Below, piece by piece: positions 50,815 through 60,466 of a DNA stretch of 64,000 bases. The position numbers were made by a program, and so were the translations under genes. Source of the DNA: Bacteroidota bacterium. GTDB taxonomy: Bacteria; Bacteroidota; Bacteroidia; Bacteroidales; PUMT01. The notes under the pieces were generated by a model, which searched no databases, was not told the origin of the DNA, and saw only the letters and a program-made list of their open reading frames with translations. Numbering within the stretch: position 1 is the stretch's first letter; each line of letters begins with the position of its first letter. Location: contig PWHJ01000089.1 of assembly GCA_003554865.1 (NCBI GenBank), forward strand, positions 12,450-76,449. The letters are read 5' to 3'.

Positions 50815-51861
50815 TCAGCTGATCTCAAAAGTGTCTCCGCTGTTGAGAAGATCGTCCATGTTCCTGACATTTGTAGACTCTCTTACATTATTGATCTGCT
50901 TGTCAATTAAATGTTCGTAGGTGTCAAACCTGGCTGCACGTATAACACCGAATGCCCTGGGCATTTCAGGTGGATGCATATAGCCGAGCATTCTGTGTAT
51001 TCCGGGATCAGGGTTATACTGGTCATGTATCAGTATTTTTTTATCAGCCTCCTTGTCTTCCCCCACATTGATCTGTTTAAGCTTGTTATCCTCGAAGATG
51101 ATCCCTTTGCTGTTGTCCTTGCCGAAAAGCATGGGCTCCCCATGCTTAAGATACACCCTGTAGTCTTCCTTGTAATTTTTGTCTCTTAAAATATCGAAAG
51201 CATCATCGGAATAGATTACACACCTTTGAAGAATTTCAACAACTGCAGTTCCGTCATGGTATGCAGACTCCTTTATAACCTCTTTCATCATTTTTACATC
51301 GTTATCTATGACACGTGCAAAAAAAGTTCCCATTGCACCCATAACTAGTCCTGCCGGGTTAAACGGATGCTCAATGGTTCCGTGAGGCGAAGTTCTTGTA
51401 ACTCCGGATTTAGGAGTAGTAGGAGAATATTGCCCTTTAGTAAGTGCATATACCTGATTATTGAAGAGAAGAATATTTATATCAATATTGCGCCTTATAG
51501 TGTGTATAAAATGATTTCCTCCGATTGCCATAGCATCGCCGTCGCCTGTTGCAACCCATACACTAAGAGAGGGATTCGCAATTTTTACCCCTGAGGCTAT
51601 TGCAGCAGCCCTGCCGTGTATACCGTGTATCCCGTAAGTATTAATATAATAAGGGAATCTGGAGGAGCAGCCTATGCCTGAAACAAACAGGAAATTTTCC
51701 TTCTTGTAGCCTATTTCAGGAAAAGCATCTTCAACTGCTTTTAGCACGGCAGTATTTCCGCAACCGGGACACCATTTTATTATCTGATCGCTTTTAAAAT
51801 CTTCTTTGGTCAAATCGACCTCGGAGTTCGGAACTCTTTTAGGAATTATTTTTTCGGACAT
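50815..51861 (-). CDS. korB: 2-oxoglutarate/2-oxoacid:ferredoxin oxidoreductase subunit beta
   Basis: WCPGCGN, and the TPP-binding GDGDAMAIGGNHFIH...NNQVYALTKGQ. Confidence 0.9.
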   Translation of the reverse strand: MSEKIIPKRVPNSEVDLTKEDFKSDQIIKWCPGCGNTAVLKAVEDAFPEIGYKKENFLFVSGIGCSSRFPYYINTYGIHGIHGRAAAIASGVKIANPSLSVWVATGDGDAMAIGGNHFIHTIRRNIDINILLFNNQVYALTKGQYSPTTPKSGVTRTSPHGTIEHPFNPAGLVMGAMGTFFARVIDNDVKMMKEVIKESAYHDGTAVVEILQRCVIYSDDAFDILRDKNYKEDYRVYLKHGEPMLFGKDNSKGIIFEDNKLKQINVGEDKEADKKILIHDQYNPDPGIHRMLGYMHPPEMPRAFGVIRAARFDTYEHLIDKQINNVRESTNVRNMDDLLNSGDTFEIS

Positions 51862-51863
51862 AA

Positions 51864-53711
51864 CTATTTCTCCTCTAATATTTTGTTAAATGTTTCGGTT
51901 AACTCTTGTACTGTAAATGGAAGACCCTGTATTTTGTTGTACTGATGATATTTAAATTCGGGGTGCTCAATCTTGAGGTACTTCACCATTTGACCCGCAT
52001 TTATTTCGCATACAATTATTTTTTTAAAATTGCCCAGGATTTCCTTTGTGTTTTTTGGCAAAGGTTTTATGTGATGAAAGTGAGCATGACTAACTTTCTT
52101 ACCTTCTTTTTGCATTTCGGTGACTGCTTCGTTTATTGCACCATAAGTGCTGCCCCAGCCTACTACCAGCAGATCTCCGGTTTCTTCACCGTTTACACTT
52201 TGTTCCGGAATGTAATCAACAACACGATTTACTTTGTCTTCCCTTAGCTTGGTCATAAGCTCATGATTAAGAGGATCGGTTGTCGGCTGGCCTCCAATGT
52301 TGAATTTTTCCAGTCCGCCCACCCTGTGCCTTAAACCTTCTGTACCGGGTAGTGCCCATTTTCTGGCCAGTGTAACTTTATCACGTGCGTAGGGTTTGTA
52401 TTCGGGATCATTTGGTTCGGCAACTGGGGGATTGATATCGGGAAGATTCCCAGTATCTGGAATGCGGAACAATTCTGATCCGAATCCAAGATAGCCTTCA
52501 GTGAGAAGAACCACAGGTGTCATGTGCTCCATTGACAATTTTGCCGCCTCATAGGCATAGTTGAAACAGTTTGCCGGCGTGGAAGCGGATATTACAATTA
52601 ACGGGCATTCACCATTGCGTCCGTATAGTGCCTGCAGCAAATCTGATTGTTCTGATTTGGTGGGCAATCCTGTGGAGGGCCCCCCCCTTTGAACATTGAC
52701 AATTACAAGAGGCAATTCGGTTATCACGGCAAGACCAATTGCTTCACTTTTAAGTGAAAACCCTGGGCCGGAAGTAGTTGTAACTGCAAGTGAACCGGTA
52801 TAGCTTGCACCGATTGCTGAACATACTCCGGCAATTTCATCTTCCGCCTGAAAAACCCTTCCGCCAAGGGACTTTTGCAGGGCCATCTCAATTAGTATTT
52901 CAGTTGCCGGTGTAATTGGGTATGAACCAAGGAACAGCTTATGTCCCGAGCGTTCGGCAGCAGCAATAAAACCCCATGCGGTTGCCGCGTTTCCGGTAAC
53001 ATTTCTGTACTTACCCTTGGAGAGTTCAGCTTTGGGAATAAAATAGGTGGTGTCTATTTCCTCTGAATATTTTGCAAATTCATAGCCTGCCGCCAGGGCT
53101 TTTTTATTGCTTTCTATAACCTGGTCCTTTCCCTTGAATTTTTTCTCAATAAACCGGTATGTGGAATTTATATCCTGATTGAACAGATACCCGGCAATAC
53201 CGAGTGCCACCATGTTTTTGCTCCGAAGCGCAACTTTTTGTGGCAATTCGAGATCTGAAAGGCTTTCTTTTGTAATGGTTGTTATCGGGGCTTTTACCAC
53301 CTTGTACTCTTTAAGGGTGTTGTTTTCAAGGGGATTTTCATCGTAACCCGACTTTTCAAGGGCTTTTTTGTCAAAAGCATCAGCATCGACTATTATAGTG
53401 CCGTTTTTTTTGACCCATTTCAGGTTGGCTTTAAGTGATGCCGGGTTCATGGCAACCAGCACATCACAAAAATCTCCTGATGAATTGATCTTTTTTTGGC
53501 CTATTTGTGCCTGAAATCCTGAAACCCCGAAAACCGTGTTGTGAGGTGCTCTTATTTCTGCAGGGAAATCGGGAAATGTTGCCAAATCATTTCCAAACAT
53601 TGCCGCTGTTTCAGAAAAAAGTGTACCGGTCAGCTGCATTCCGTCACCCGAATCTCCTGCAAATTTGATAACTGCCGAATCTTTTTCCGTTACTTTATTA
53701 TTTTTGCTCAT
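51864..53711 (-). CDS. korA: 2-oxoglutarate/2-oxoacid:ferredoxin oxidoreductase subunit alpha (fused gamma-alpha)
   Basis: 615 aa. GDSGDGMQLTG (gamma-like N-terminus) and YPITPATE (alpha domain). The next gene starts 3 nt after its end. Confidence 0.9.
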   Translation of the reverse strand: MSKNNKVTEKDSAVIKFAGDSGDGMQLTGTLFSETAAMFGNDLATFPDFPAEIRAPHNTVFGVSGFQAQIGQKKINSSGDFCDVLVAMNPASLKANLKWVKKNGTIIVDADAFDKKALEKSGYDENPLENNTLKEYKVVKAPITTITKESLSDLELPQKVALRSKNMVALGIAGYLFNQDINSTYRFIEKKFKGKDQVIESNKKALAAGYEFAKYSEEIDTTYFIPKAELSKGKYRNVTGNAATAWGFIAAAERSGHKLFLGSYPITPATEILIEMALQKSLGGRVFQAEDEIAGVCSAIGASYTGSLAVTTTSGPGFSLKSEAIGLAVITELPLVIVNVQRGGPSTGLPTKSEQSDLLQALYGRNGECPLIVISASTPANCFNYAYEAAKLSMEHMTPVVLLTEGYLGFGSELFRIPDTGNLPDINPPVAEPNDPEYKPYARDKVTLARKWALPGTEGLRHRVGGLEKFNIGGQPTTDPLNHELMTKLREDKVNRVVDYIPEQSVNGEETGDLLVVGWGSTYGAINEAVTEMQKEGKKVSHAHFHHIKPLPKNTKEILGNFKKIIVCEINAGQMVKYLKIEHPEFKYHQYNKIQGLPFTVQELTETFNKILEEK

Positions 53712-53850
53712 TTGTATGAAATAATTAGAATGTTAAAAATCAATTAAATTATTAAGGTTTTGCCTTGGAAATTCAATTATGTGCCGGGAAGTTAAAATTA
53801 ACCTGCATAGAGAGTGTTTTTTATTACAGGTTGCCAATATTGAAAAAACG

Positions 53851-53876
53851 TGCATGCAACATCCCGGTTACATGCA
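53851..53876. promoter_or_regulatory. Inverted repeat in the korAB upstream region
   Basis: TGCATGCAAC-ATCCCG-GTTACATGCA: 10-nt arms with one mismatch and a 6-nt spacer. Confidence 0.3.
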
Positions 53877-54015
53877 TATATTAGAAAAAATATTCCCGGT
53901 TTTTTGATTTCTTTAAAAAAGTAATTTAATTCACAAAGTTAATAATTTCTAAAATACTGTGTAAGAAAAACCACTTTTTTAAGTATGCTATTTATCATTT
54001 AATTAATATGTTAAT

Positions 54016-54534
54016 ATGACTTTAATCAGGGAGTTAAGAGGATTTGTCCCGAAAATAGGCAGGGATTGCTACCTGGCCGAAACATGTGTAGTTATCGGGG
54101 ATGTTATTATCGGTGACCAAAGCAGCATTTGGTATAATACGGTAATCAGGGGGGATGTGAATTCAATCAGGATCGGCAGTAAGGTAAATATACAGGATAA
54201 CAGTGTTTTACACTGTACTTATGAGGAAACAACAGTTAAAATTGGTGATAATGTTTCAGTAGGTCATAATGTTATTGTACACGGGGCCAATATTGAAAGC
54301 AATGTTTTGATCGGAATGGGGGCAATTCTTATGGATAATGTAAAAGTTGGGGAAAATTCAATTATTGCGGCCGGATCGGTGGTCCTTGAAGGAACTAAAG
54401 TGGAGCCGGGCAGTGTTTATGCCGGTGTACCGGCAAAATTTATTAAAAAAGTAAGCAGTAAGGAAGCAAATGAGCAAATAAAAAGTATTGCCGCCAGATA
54501 TGTTGGTTACACTGAATGGTACAGGAATGGATAG
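54016..54534 (+). CDS. Gamma-carbonic anhydrase family (hexapeptide repeat, YrdA/PaaY-like) protein
   Basis: 172 aa with left-handed beta-helix repeats (IGDNVSVGHNVIVHGANIESNVLIGMGAILMDNVKVGENSIIAAGSVV). Confidence 0.88.
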   Translation: MTLIRELRGFVPKIGRDCYLAETCVVIGDVIIGDQSSIWYNTVIRGDVNSIRIGSKVNIQDNSVLHCTYEETTVKIGDNVSVGHNVIVHGANIESNVLIGMGAILMDNVKVGENSIIAAGSVVLEGTKVEPGSVYAGVPAKFIKKVSSKEANEQIKSIAARYVGYTEWYRNG

Positions 54535-54536
54535 GG

Positions 54537-55361
54537 TTATTTCCAAAGGTCGATCTTTGTAAGATTTATTTTGTCGTCAAAAAACATTTGTCCAACCTTA
54601 CCGAAATAATCAGTGTAATCAGAAACATAGAACATATCTTCTGCATTATTTCTTTTACCTGAGAGAAGGTTTTGTGACTCGAGCTTATCTTTCACGTAAC
54701 GTGCAACTATAGCTGCTGAATCTATCACTTCTACATTGAAATCAAAGAATTTCCGGATTTGGTTCTTTATTATAGGGTAATGGGTGCATCCCAGTATAAG
54801 AACTTTTATCCCCCGGAATGTTTCCCCTGAAAGATAGGACCTGATAATTGCATTGCTTATGTCATCGTAAATGAATCCCTCTTCGATCATGGGCACAAGC
54901 AAAGGAGCCGCCATTGATACAACTTCGGCTGAAGGGATCTTCTCTTTTATCCCGTAGGGGTATGTGTTGCTGTCAATTGTATTTTTTGTCCCTATCACCC
55001 CTATTTTAGAAGATGGATACTTTTGCACCACAAAATTAACTACCGGTTCAATTACATCAATTAAAGTTGCTTTATTTCCCACATGGCCTGCCAGTTGAGA
55101 ATAAGCCCTTGCCGAAGCAGTATTGCAGGCAACCAGGATTGTTTTACAGTTTTTTCGGAGGAGGAAATCCGTTATTTTTTCCGAGTAATGAACAATGGAA
55201 GCGGCTGATTTGTCGCCGTAGGGCAAGTGAGCTGTATCACCTACATAAATAATACGCTCATTCGGAAGCAAGTGTTTGATTGCTGAAGCAACTGTCAGCC
55301 CTCCCAGTCCGGAGTCAAAAATACCCAGGGGCTGATTTGGATCCATATTACTTTTACCCAT
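54537..55361 (-). CDS. murI: Glutamate racemase
   Basis: GIFDSGLGGLTV, VACNTAS and LGCTHYP. I prefer the ATG at 55361 (MGKSNMDPNQ) to the longer ORF-track start. Confidence 0.95.
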   Translation of the reverse strand: MGKSNMDPNQPLGIFDSGLGGLTVASAIKHLLPNERIIYVGDTAHLPYGDKSAASIVHYSEKITDFLLRKNCKTILVACNTASARAYSQLAGHVGNKATLIDVIEPVVNFVVQKYPSSKIGVIGTKNTIDSNTYPYGIKEKIPSAEVVSMAAPLLVPMIEEGFIYDDISNAIIRSYLSGETFRGIKVLILGCTHYPIIKNQIRKFFDFNVEVIDSAAIVARYVKDKLESQNLLSGKRNNAEDMFYVSDYTDYFGKVGQMFFDDKINLTKIDLWK

Positions 55362-55442
55362 TTGTGGCTTATTGTATTTAAAAATACGGTACCCGGCAAA
55401 GAAAAGCAATTTTATTGTTTAAGTCAAATATCATTTTTTTAA

Positions 55443-55476
55443 TAAAAAAAATACCAACCCCTCCAGGGGATGGTAT
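55443..55476 (-). terminator. Rho-independent terminator after the ompH genes
   Basis: Stem ATACCAACCCC/GGGGATGGTAT with a TCCA loop. The plus-strand A-run at 55443-55450 is a T-run on the minus strand. Confidence 0.75.
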
Positions 55477-55502
55477 TTTCTCTATAAAAATTTTCAGGCA
55501 TG

Positions 55503-56021
55503 CTAAAACATTCCCAGCTCTTCTCTAACGTACTGCTGAATGTTTACGCTTTGATTACTATGGTATAATAAAGAGTTCCCGCTCAGATCAAATACATAGA
55601 TCAGGCCCTGTTCTTCTGCTACCCTGGTAATAGCATTTTCAATTTTGTTAAAAATAGGCTGCAGCAGCTCCATTTCTATCCTTTGAAGGTCTTCCTGGGC
55701 CGTAGAGGAAAACTCACGAATTCTGGCCTGTATGTCAGACAATTCCCTTTCCCTCATCTGCTTTACAAGGGATGTCATTGTCTCCTGATTCTCAGTAAAA
55801 TTCTGCAGTTTTTCCTGGTATTCCATTTGCATGAATTCAAACTGTTCCTGCAGTTTTTCAGCTTCTAACTGTAATTCTTTCTGAGCTTCAGTTCTTTCCG
55901 GCATATCCCTCAGGATCTGCTGTGAATTGATATGCCCGAACCTCAGAGTTTCCTGTGCAAAAGTGGTAACTCCCACCACTAACAATACTACAAGCACAAA
56001 TGGTTTAAAAAATCTTTTCAT
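55503..56021 (-). CDS. OmpH/Skp family periplasmic chaperone (copy 3, tandem duplicate)
   Basis: 172 aa. Signal peptide, a coiled charged Gln/Glu-rich body, and GLIYVFDLSGNSLLYH. It aligns without gaps to the next copy. Confidence 0.88.
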   Translation of the reverse strand: MKRFFKPFVLVVLLVVGVTTFAQETLRFGHINSQQILRDMPERTEAQKELQLEAEKLQEQFEFMQMEYQEKLQNFTENQETMTSLVKQMRERELSDIQARIREFSSTAQEDLQRIEMELLQPIFNKIENAITRVAEEQGLIYVFDLSGNSLLYHSNQSVNIQQYVREELGMF

Positions 56022-56068
56022 TTTTTACCTGATAATTGTGTTTTATATATGTAAAAACTCCCGGAAAA

Positions 56069-56587
56069 TTAATAAATGCCCAGCTCTTGCCTTACTTCCT
56101 GCTGAATGTTTACGCTTTGATCACTATGGTATAATATAGAGTTACCGCTCAGATCAAACACATATATAAGTCCTTTTTCTTCTGCTACCTTGGCAATGGA
56201 GTTTTCAATCCTGTTGAAAATTGGTTGAAGCAATTCCATCTCCTTTTGCTGCAGATCCTCTTGTGCAGTTTGCTGAAATTCCTGAATCCTTCCTTGAAGA
56301 TCAGCCAATTCCCTTTCCATATTTTGCTGTTCAACTTCACTCATTGTCTCCTGCTCATCAGTGAATTCCTGCAGCTTTTGCTGATATTCCATCTGCATTG
56401 ATTCAAAACGCTCCTGCATCTTTTGAGCTTCTTCCTGCATTTCTCTTTCGGCTTCAGCTCTTTCGGGCATATCTCTTAAAATTTCCTGTGAGTTGATATG
56501 TCCGAATCTGAGGTTTTCCTGTGAAAAAGCGGTTAAGCCAACCGTCAGCAATGCAGAAATCAAAAATAGGTTAAAAAGTTTTTTCAT
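56069..56587 (-). CDS. OmpH/Skp family periplasmic chaperone (copy 2, tandem duplicate)
   Basis: 172 aa. LRFGHINSQEILRDMPER...GLIYVFDLSGNSILYH. Confidence 0.88.
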   Translation of the reverse strand: MKKLFNLFLISALLTVGLTAFSQENLRFGHINSQEILRDMPERAEAEREMQEEAQKMQERFESMQMEYQQKLQEFTDEQETMSEVEQQNMERELADLQGRIQEFQQTAQEDLQQKEMELLQPIFNRIENSIAKVAEEKGLIYVFDLSGNSILYHSDQSVNIQQEVRQELGIY

Positions 56588-56671
56588 TTTTTAATTACAA
56601 GTTATGGGTTATTACTATTTGTTTTATTAAGTTTTTAATCTGAATTAAAACCTTTTATTCTTTTATAGATG

Positions 56672-57181
56672 TCAATATCCTAATTTGCCCAGTACCTCAT
56701 CGCTTAGATCATACTGTGGGTTTGTGTAAAGCAGTGTAGCCGAATCTGCCATATCGAAAATAACTGCATAATCCCCTTCTTCGGCTATTTCTTCAATGGC
56801 ATTGTAAACCTGATCCTGTATCGGACCTATAAGCTCTTCCTGTTTCTGATACATTTCTCCTTCCGGCCCAAAATATTTATGCTGAAGCTTTTTCGCTTCA
56901 GCTTCCAGGTTCATTATTTCCTCTTCTCTTTTCTTCCTCATTTCATCTGACATCAAAACCCTCTCAGACTGGAAGTTACGGTACATTTCCTCTATTTGCC
57001 CGTACATTTGATCTATTTCATTTTCCCATTCTTCTGCCATCTCATCCAGCTGATCCTGAGCCGATCTGTAGGCCGGAATGTTGCTCAAAATATATTCAGA
57101 GTCAACATAGGCATATTTTTGCGAAATGCCAAACTGCATTGTTGCAAAAAGAGCCAGAATTAATAAAGTTATTTTTTTCAT
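56672..57181 (-). CDS. OmpH/Skp family periplasmic chaperone (copy 1, divergent)
   Basis: 169 aa. Signal peptide, a YAYVDSEYIL start and a coiled middle. It lies directly downstream of bamA. Confidence 0.85.
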   Translation of the reverse strand: MKKITLLILALFATMQFGISQKYAYVDSEYILSNIPAYRSAQDQLDEMAEEWENEIDQMYGQIEEMYRNFQSERVLMSDEMRKKREEEIMNLEAEAKKLQHKYFGPEGEMYQKQEELIGPIQDQVYNAIEEIAEEGDYAVIFDMADSATLLYTNPQYDLSDEVLGKLGY

Positions 57182-57208
57182 TGCATTCGTCAGTTTGTTT
57201 TAGACGAT

Positions 57209-59695
57209 TTAAAATTGTTGTCCAAGGGTGAAATGGATTTGCCACTCGTGTGCATCAGGCCTTTGGGGTATATCGTCGAAACCGTATCCCACATCAACTC
57301 CCAGCATTCCAAACATTGGCAAAAATGCCCTTACTCCAATTCCTGCGGAGCGTTTAATTGAAAACGGCTCAAATTCATCTGCGCTGTACCATGCATTACC
57401 TCCTTCCAGGAAGCCAAGGAGATAAATTGTAGCCTGTGGATTGAGGGATATCGGGTAACGCAGTTCCATTGTAAGTTTATTGTATATGTTCCCCGCCTTG
57501 CTGCCGTCTCTTATAGGTGTAAGTGCACCATTTTCATATCCCCTTAGTGCTATCGTTTCCCTTCCGTAAAGGTTATAGCCTGTCATTCCGTCACCTCCAA
57601 GATCAAATGATTCAAACGGGGAGGGTCCGATGTCGCTGTTGTAATATCCAAGAATACCGAATTCAGCACCGGAATGGAAAACAAGGTCACCCACAATGGA
57701 CGTGTACCATTCTGAATTAAATGTCCATTTGTGATATTCAATCCACCTGTATTTTTCCTGAGGCTCCATCTGGCTGTAATCCTTATCGTTCATAAGTGAA
57801 TAGGGAGGTGTCAGTTGCAATGTTAAATTGAACTTGTTACCCCGTCTTGGATATATGGGCTGGTCGACCGAGTTGCGTTCAAAGGAGGTTTTAAGGCTGA
57901 AATTGTTTGATTGTCCGTCAGAGAACATAAAATAACCGCCCCACTCATCAAGAAGGTAACTCTGGTAACTTACCTCGTTGTAGAGTGTGAAAAAGTCATC
58001 AGGCCAGTTAAGGCGTTTGCCAAATCCAACCGCAGCTCCTGAGATCTTTATTGAGGCCCCTTCTTTTACCGTGCGGTCACGCATGTCCGTTTGAATGGTG
58101 TGGAAAGCGGACAAAGAAAGTGAATTGGGTTTAACACCTCCGACATAAGGTTCCTGGAAGCTGAAATTATAAGCCTGGTAATAGGTTCCGTTTGTTTGGG
58201 CACGTATGCTTAACTGTTGACCGTCGCCGGACGGCAGAGGTCTCCATGCATCCCTGTCGAAAATGCCGCTTGTTGAAAAATTGTTAAAGCTTACCCCAAG
58301 TGTGCCGATGAGCATGCCGGCCCCCCAGCCTCCTGAAATTTCAAGCTGGTCGTTGGCCTGCTCTTCAACAATATACTCAATATCAACTGTACCGTCATCC
58401 GGGTTAGGTATCGGCCTTACATCAAGCTCTTCCGGATTGAAGTGCCCAAGTTGGGCAAGCTCGCGCTGACTGCGGACTATGGCCGACTTGCTGAAAAGCT
58501 CACCCGGTTTTGTTCGCAATTCCCTTCGAATCACATGCTCATTTGTTTTGTCGTTACCGGTGATTATTACCCGGTTTATCCTTGCCTGCTCCCCTTCGTG
58601 TATACGAATTTCAAGATCAATGGAATCCTCTTTTATTCTTGTTTCAACCGGCTCGGCCTGGAAGAAGAGATATCCGTTATCGAGGTAGAGTGAACTTACG
58701 GAGTTTTCGTCAAGCTGAAGTCTCTCCGTCAGCTTTTTTTGATTATAAACTTCTCCCTCTTCTATCCCAAGGTAAGCGGAAAGATATTCGGAGGGGTATT
58801 TGGTGTTGCCAACCCAGTCTATCTCCCTGAAGTAGTATTTGTCACCTTCTTCAATGTGAATGTCAATTTCAATCCGGTCTTCGCTTACAAGGTAAGCGCT
58901 GTCGGAGGCTATTTCGGCGTCCCTGTAGCCGTGTTCGTTGTACTTGGAGATTATTCTTTGCTTGTCTTTTTCAAAATCTGACCTTATGAACCTTGAAGGG
59001 CTGAATAAGTTAAGCAGACTTCTTTTTTTGGTGTCTTCCATTGTTCTCTCGAGGCGGAAATCGGAAAAAGCCTCATTGCCGTAAAAATTAATATCTTTAA
59101 TTCTTACCCTGTCATTTTTTTCAATATCAACATCTACTATGACCCTGTTTGGCCTTTCAGGGTCATCTTCTGTTTTTAAATCAATATCAGCATTGTAATA
59201 CCCCTTGGAGATCATGAATTTCTCAATTGTACTTTTTGCATTGTTCAGGGTATTTTCAGTGATCATGCTACCGCTTCGCATATCGAGCTCCTTGTTGAGA
59301 TCTTCCTCTTCAGATCTTCTCAAACCTTCAATATTGAGTCTTGACAGCCGCGGAGGCTCCTCGAGCTCAATCTCAAGGTAAATATTCTCTTCTTCTATTC
59401 TTTCTGCTTTAATTTTTACATCGGAAAACAACCCATGATCCCACAACCTTTCTATTGCACTGGAGATATCCTCGCCGGGAACACTTATTCTTTCCCCAAC
59501 CTCGAGACCTGATAATGCTATAATAACCGAATGGTCAACATAGTTGGCACCCGATACGGTAATTCCTCCAATTGTATATTCGCGGGGTGAGGAGTAATCC
59601 ATAACCGGAAGTGATGTAACATCCACTTGCTGGGCGCTAACAAATGTTCCGCAAATTAACAGCATCAGAGCAAGCTTAATTCTTTTGATCATCAT
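57209..59695 (-). CDS. bamA: Outer membrane protein assembly factor BamA
   Basis: Signal peptide from MMIKRIKLALMLLICGTFVSAQQ (ATG 59695). POTRA repeats, a barrel with ALRGYENG (L6 motif), and a terminal F. The longer ORF-track start overlaps uppS. Confidence 0.95.
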   Translation of the reverse strand: MMIKRIKLALMLLICGTFVSAQQVDVTSLPVMDYSSPREYTIGGITVSGANYVDHSVIIALSGLEVGERISVPGEDISSAIERLWDHGLFSDVKIKAERIEEENIYLEIELEEPPRLSRLNIEGLRRSEEEDLNKELDMRSGSMITENTLNNAKSTIEKFMISKGYYNADIDLKTEDDPERPNRVIVDVDIEKNDRVRIKDINFYGNEAFSDFRLERTMEDTKKRSLLNLFSPSRFIRSDFEKDKQRIISKYNEHGYRDAEIASDSAYLVSEDRIEIDIHIEEGDKYYFREIDWVGNTKYPSEYLSAYLGIEEGEVYNQKKLTERLQLDENSVSSLYLDNGYLFFQAEPVETRIKEDSIDLEIRIHEGEQARINRVIITGNDKTNEHVIRRELRTKPGELFSKSAIVRSQRELAQLGHFNPEELDVRPIPNPDDGTVDIEYIVEEQANDQLEISGGWGAGMLIGTLGVSFNNFSTSGIFDRDAWRPLPSGDGQQLSIRAQTNGTYYQAYNFSFQEPYVGGVKPNSLSLSAFHTIQTDMRDRTVKEGASIKISGAAVGFGKRLNWPDDFFTLYNEVSYQSYLLDEWGGYFMFSDGQSNNFSLKTSFERNSVDQPIYPRRGNKFNLTLQLTPPYSLMNDKDYSQMEPQEKYRWIEYHKWTFNSEWYTSIVGDLVFHSGAEFGILGYYNSDIGPSPFESFDLGGDGMTGYNLYGRETIALRGYENGALTPIRDGSKAGNIYNKLTMELRYPISLNPQATIYLLGFLEGGNAWYSADEFEPFSIKRSAGIGVRAFLPMFGMLGVDVGYGFDDIPQRPDAHEWQIHFTLGQQF

Positions 59696-59711
59696 CGGCA
59701 CTCTATTTTTT

Positions 59712-60446
59712 TTAGTCAGTTTGTTCGCTTGTTTTTCCAAATCTTCTTTCCCTGTTCTGGAAGTTAATAATTGCCTGGTATAAATCTTCTTTACTAAAAT
59801 CGGGCCAAAGTGTTTTTGTGAAAAACAATTCTGCATATGCAATTTGCCAAAGTAAAAAGTTACTTAACCTGTACTCACCGCTGGTTCTGATAAGCAACTC
59901 GGGATCGGGAATTTCTGCCGTCGAAAGATATTTGCAGAAGAGCTTCTCATCCACTTCTTTTATTTTTCCTGTTTTGTAATCTTCTGCAATTTTTCCGGCT
60001 GCTTCCGTTATCTCCCACCTTGCACTATAACTTAGTGCGATAACGAGTTTCAGGCCCGTATTATTTTTGGTGGCTTCAGTTACTTCCCTGAGTTTGCTGA
60101 CAATCTTGTCCGGTAAACTGTTCAGGTCTCCAATAATTATCAAACGTATGTTGTTTTTAATTAGTGTTTCAGTTTCGGAATTAATTGTTGAAGCCATCAA
60201 ATCCATAAGTGCATCAATTTCACTTCTTGGTCTGCACCAGTTCTCCTTTGAAAAAGCAAAGAGTGTGAGATATCCTATCCCAAGCTCTGCGGCGGCTTCC
60301 ACTGTATTTTTTACCGCTTTTACACCGTTCTGGTGCCCGAATATGCGTTCATAGCCTCTTTCCTTTGCCCACCTTCCGTTGCCGTCCATTATAACAGCCA
60401 CATGCTTTGGCAGCTTACTTGTTATTATTTTATCCTTCAATGTCAT
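59712..60446 (-). CDS. uppS: Isoprenyl transferase (undecaprenyl diphosphate synthase)
   Basis: HVAVIMDGNGRWA, LTLFAFSKENW, RTSGEYRLSNFLLWQ. The ATG at 60446 avoids overlap with the upstream gene. Confidence 0.95.
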   Translation of the reverse strand: MTLKDKIITSKLPKHVAVIMDGNGRWAKERGYERIFGHQNGVKAVKNTVEAAAELGIGYLTLFAFSKENWCRPRSEIDALMDLMASTINSETETLIKNNIRLIIIGDLNSLPDKIVSKLREVTEATKNNTGLKLVIALSYSARWEITEAAGKIAEDYKTGKIKEVDEKLFCKYLSTAEIPDPELLIRTSGEYRLSNFLLWQIAYAELFFTKTLWPDFSKEDLYQAIINFQNRERRFGKTSEQTD

Positions 60447-60466
60447 ACCTCCACTAATTATTGTAA

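Noticed and set aside
59696-59842. An ORF-track N-terminal extension of bamA (MHMQNCFSQKH...) that overlaps the uppS 3' end. Similar long-start versions exist for murI (55409), uppS (60485), the CBS gene (63730), rplF (25029), rpmD (26494) and the kinase (37481, TTG).
   Set aside because: In each case an internal ATG gives a canonical N-terminus or signal peptide and removes the overlap with the upstream gene. The extensions have no homology-like features.
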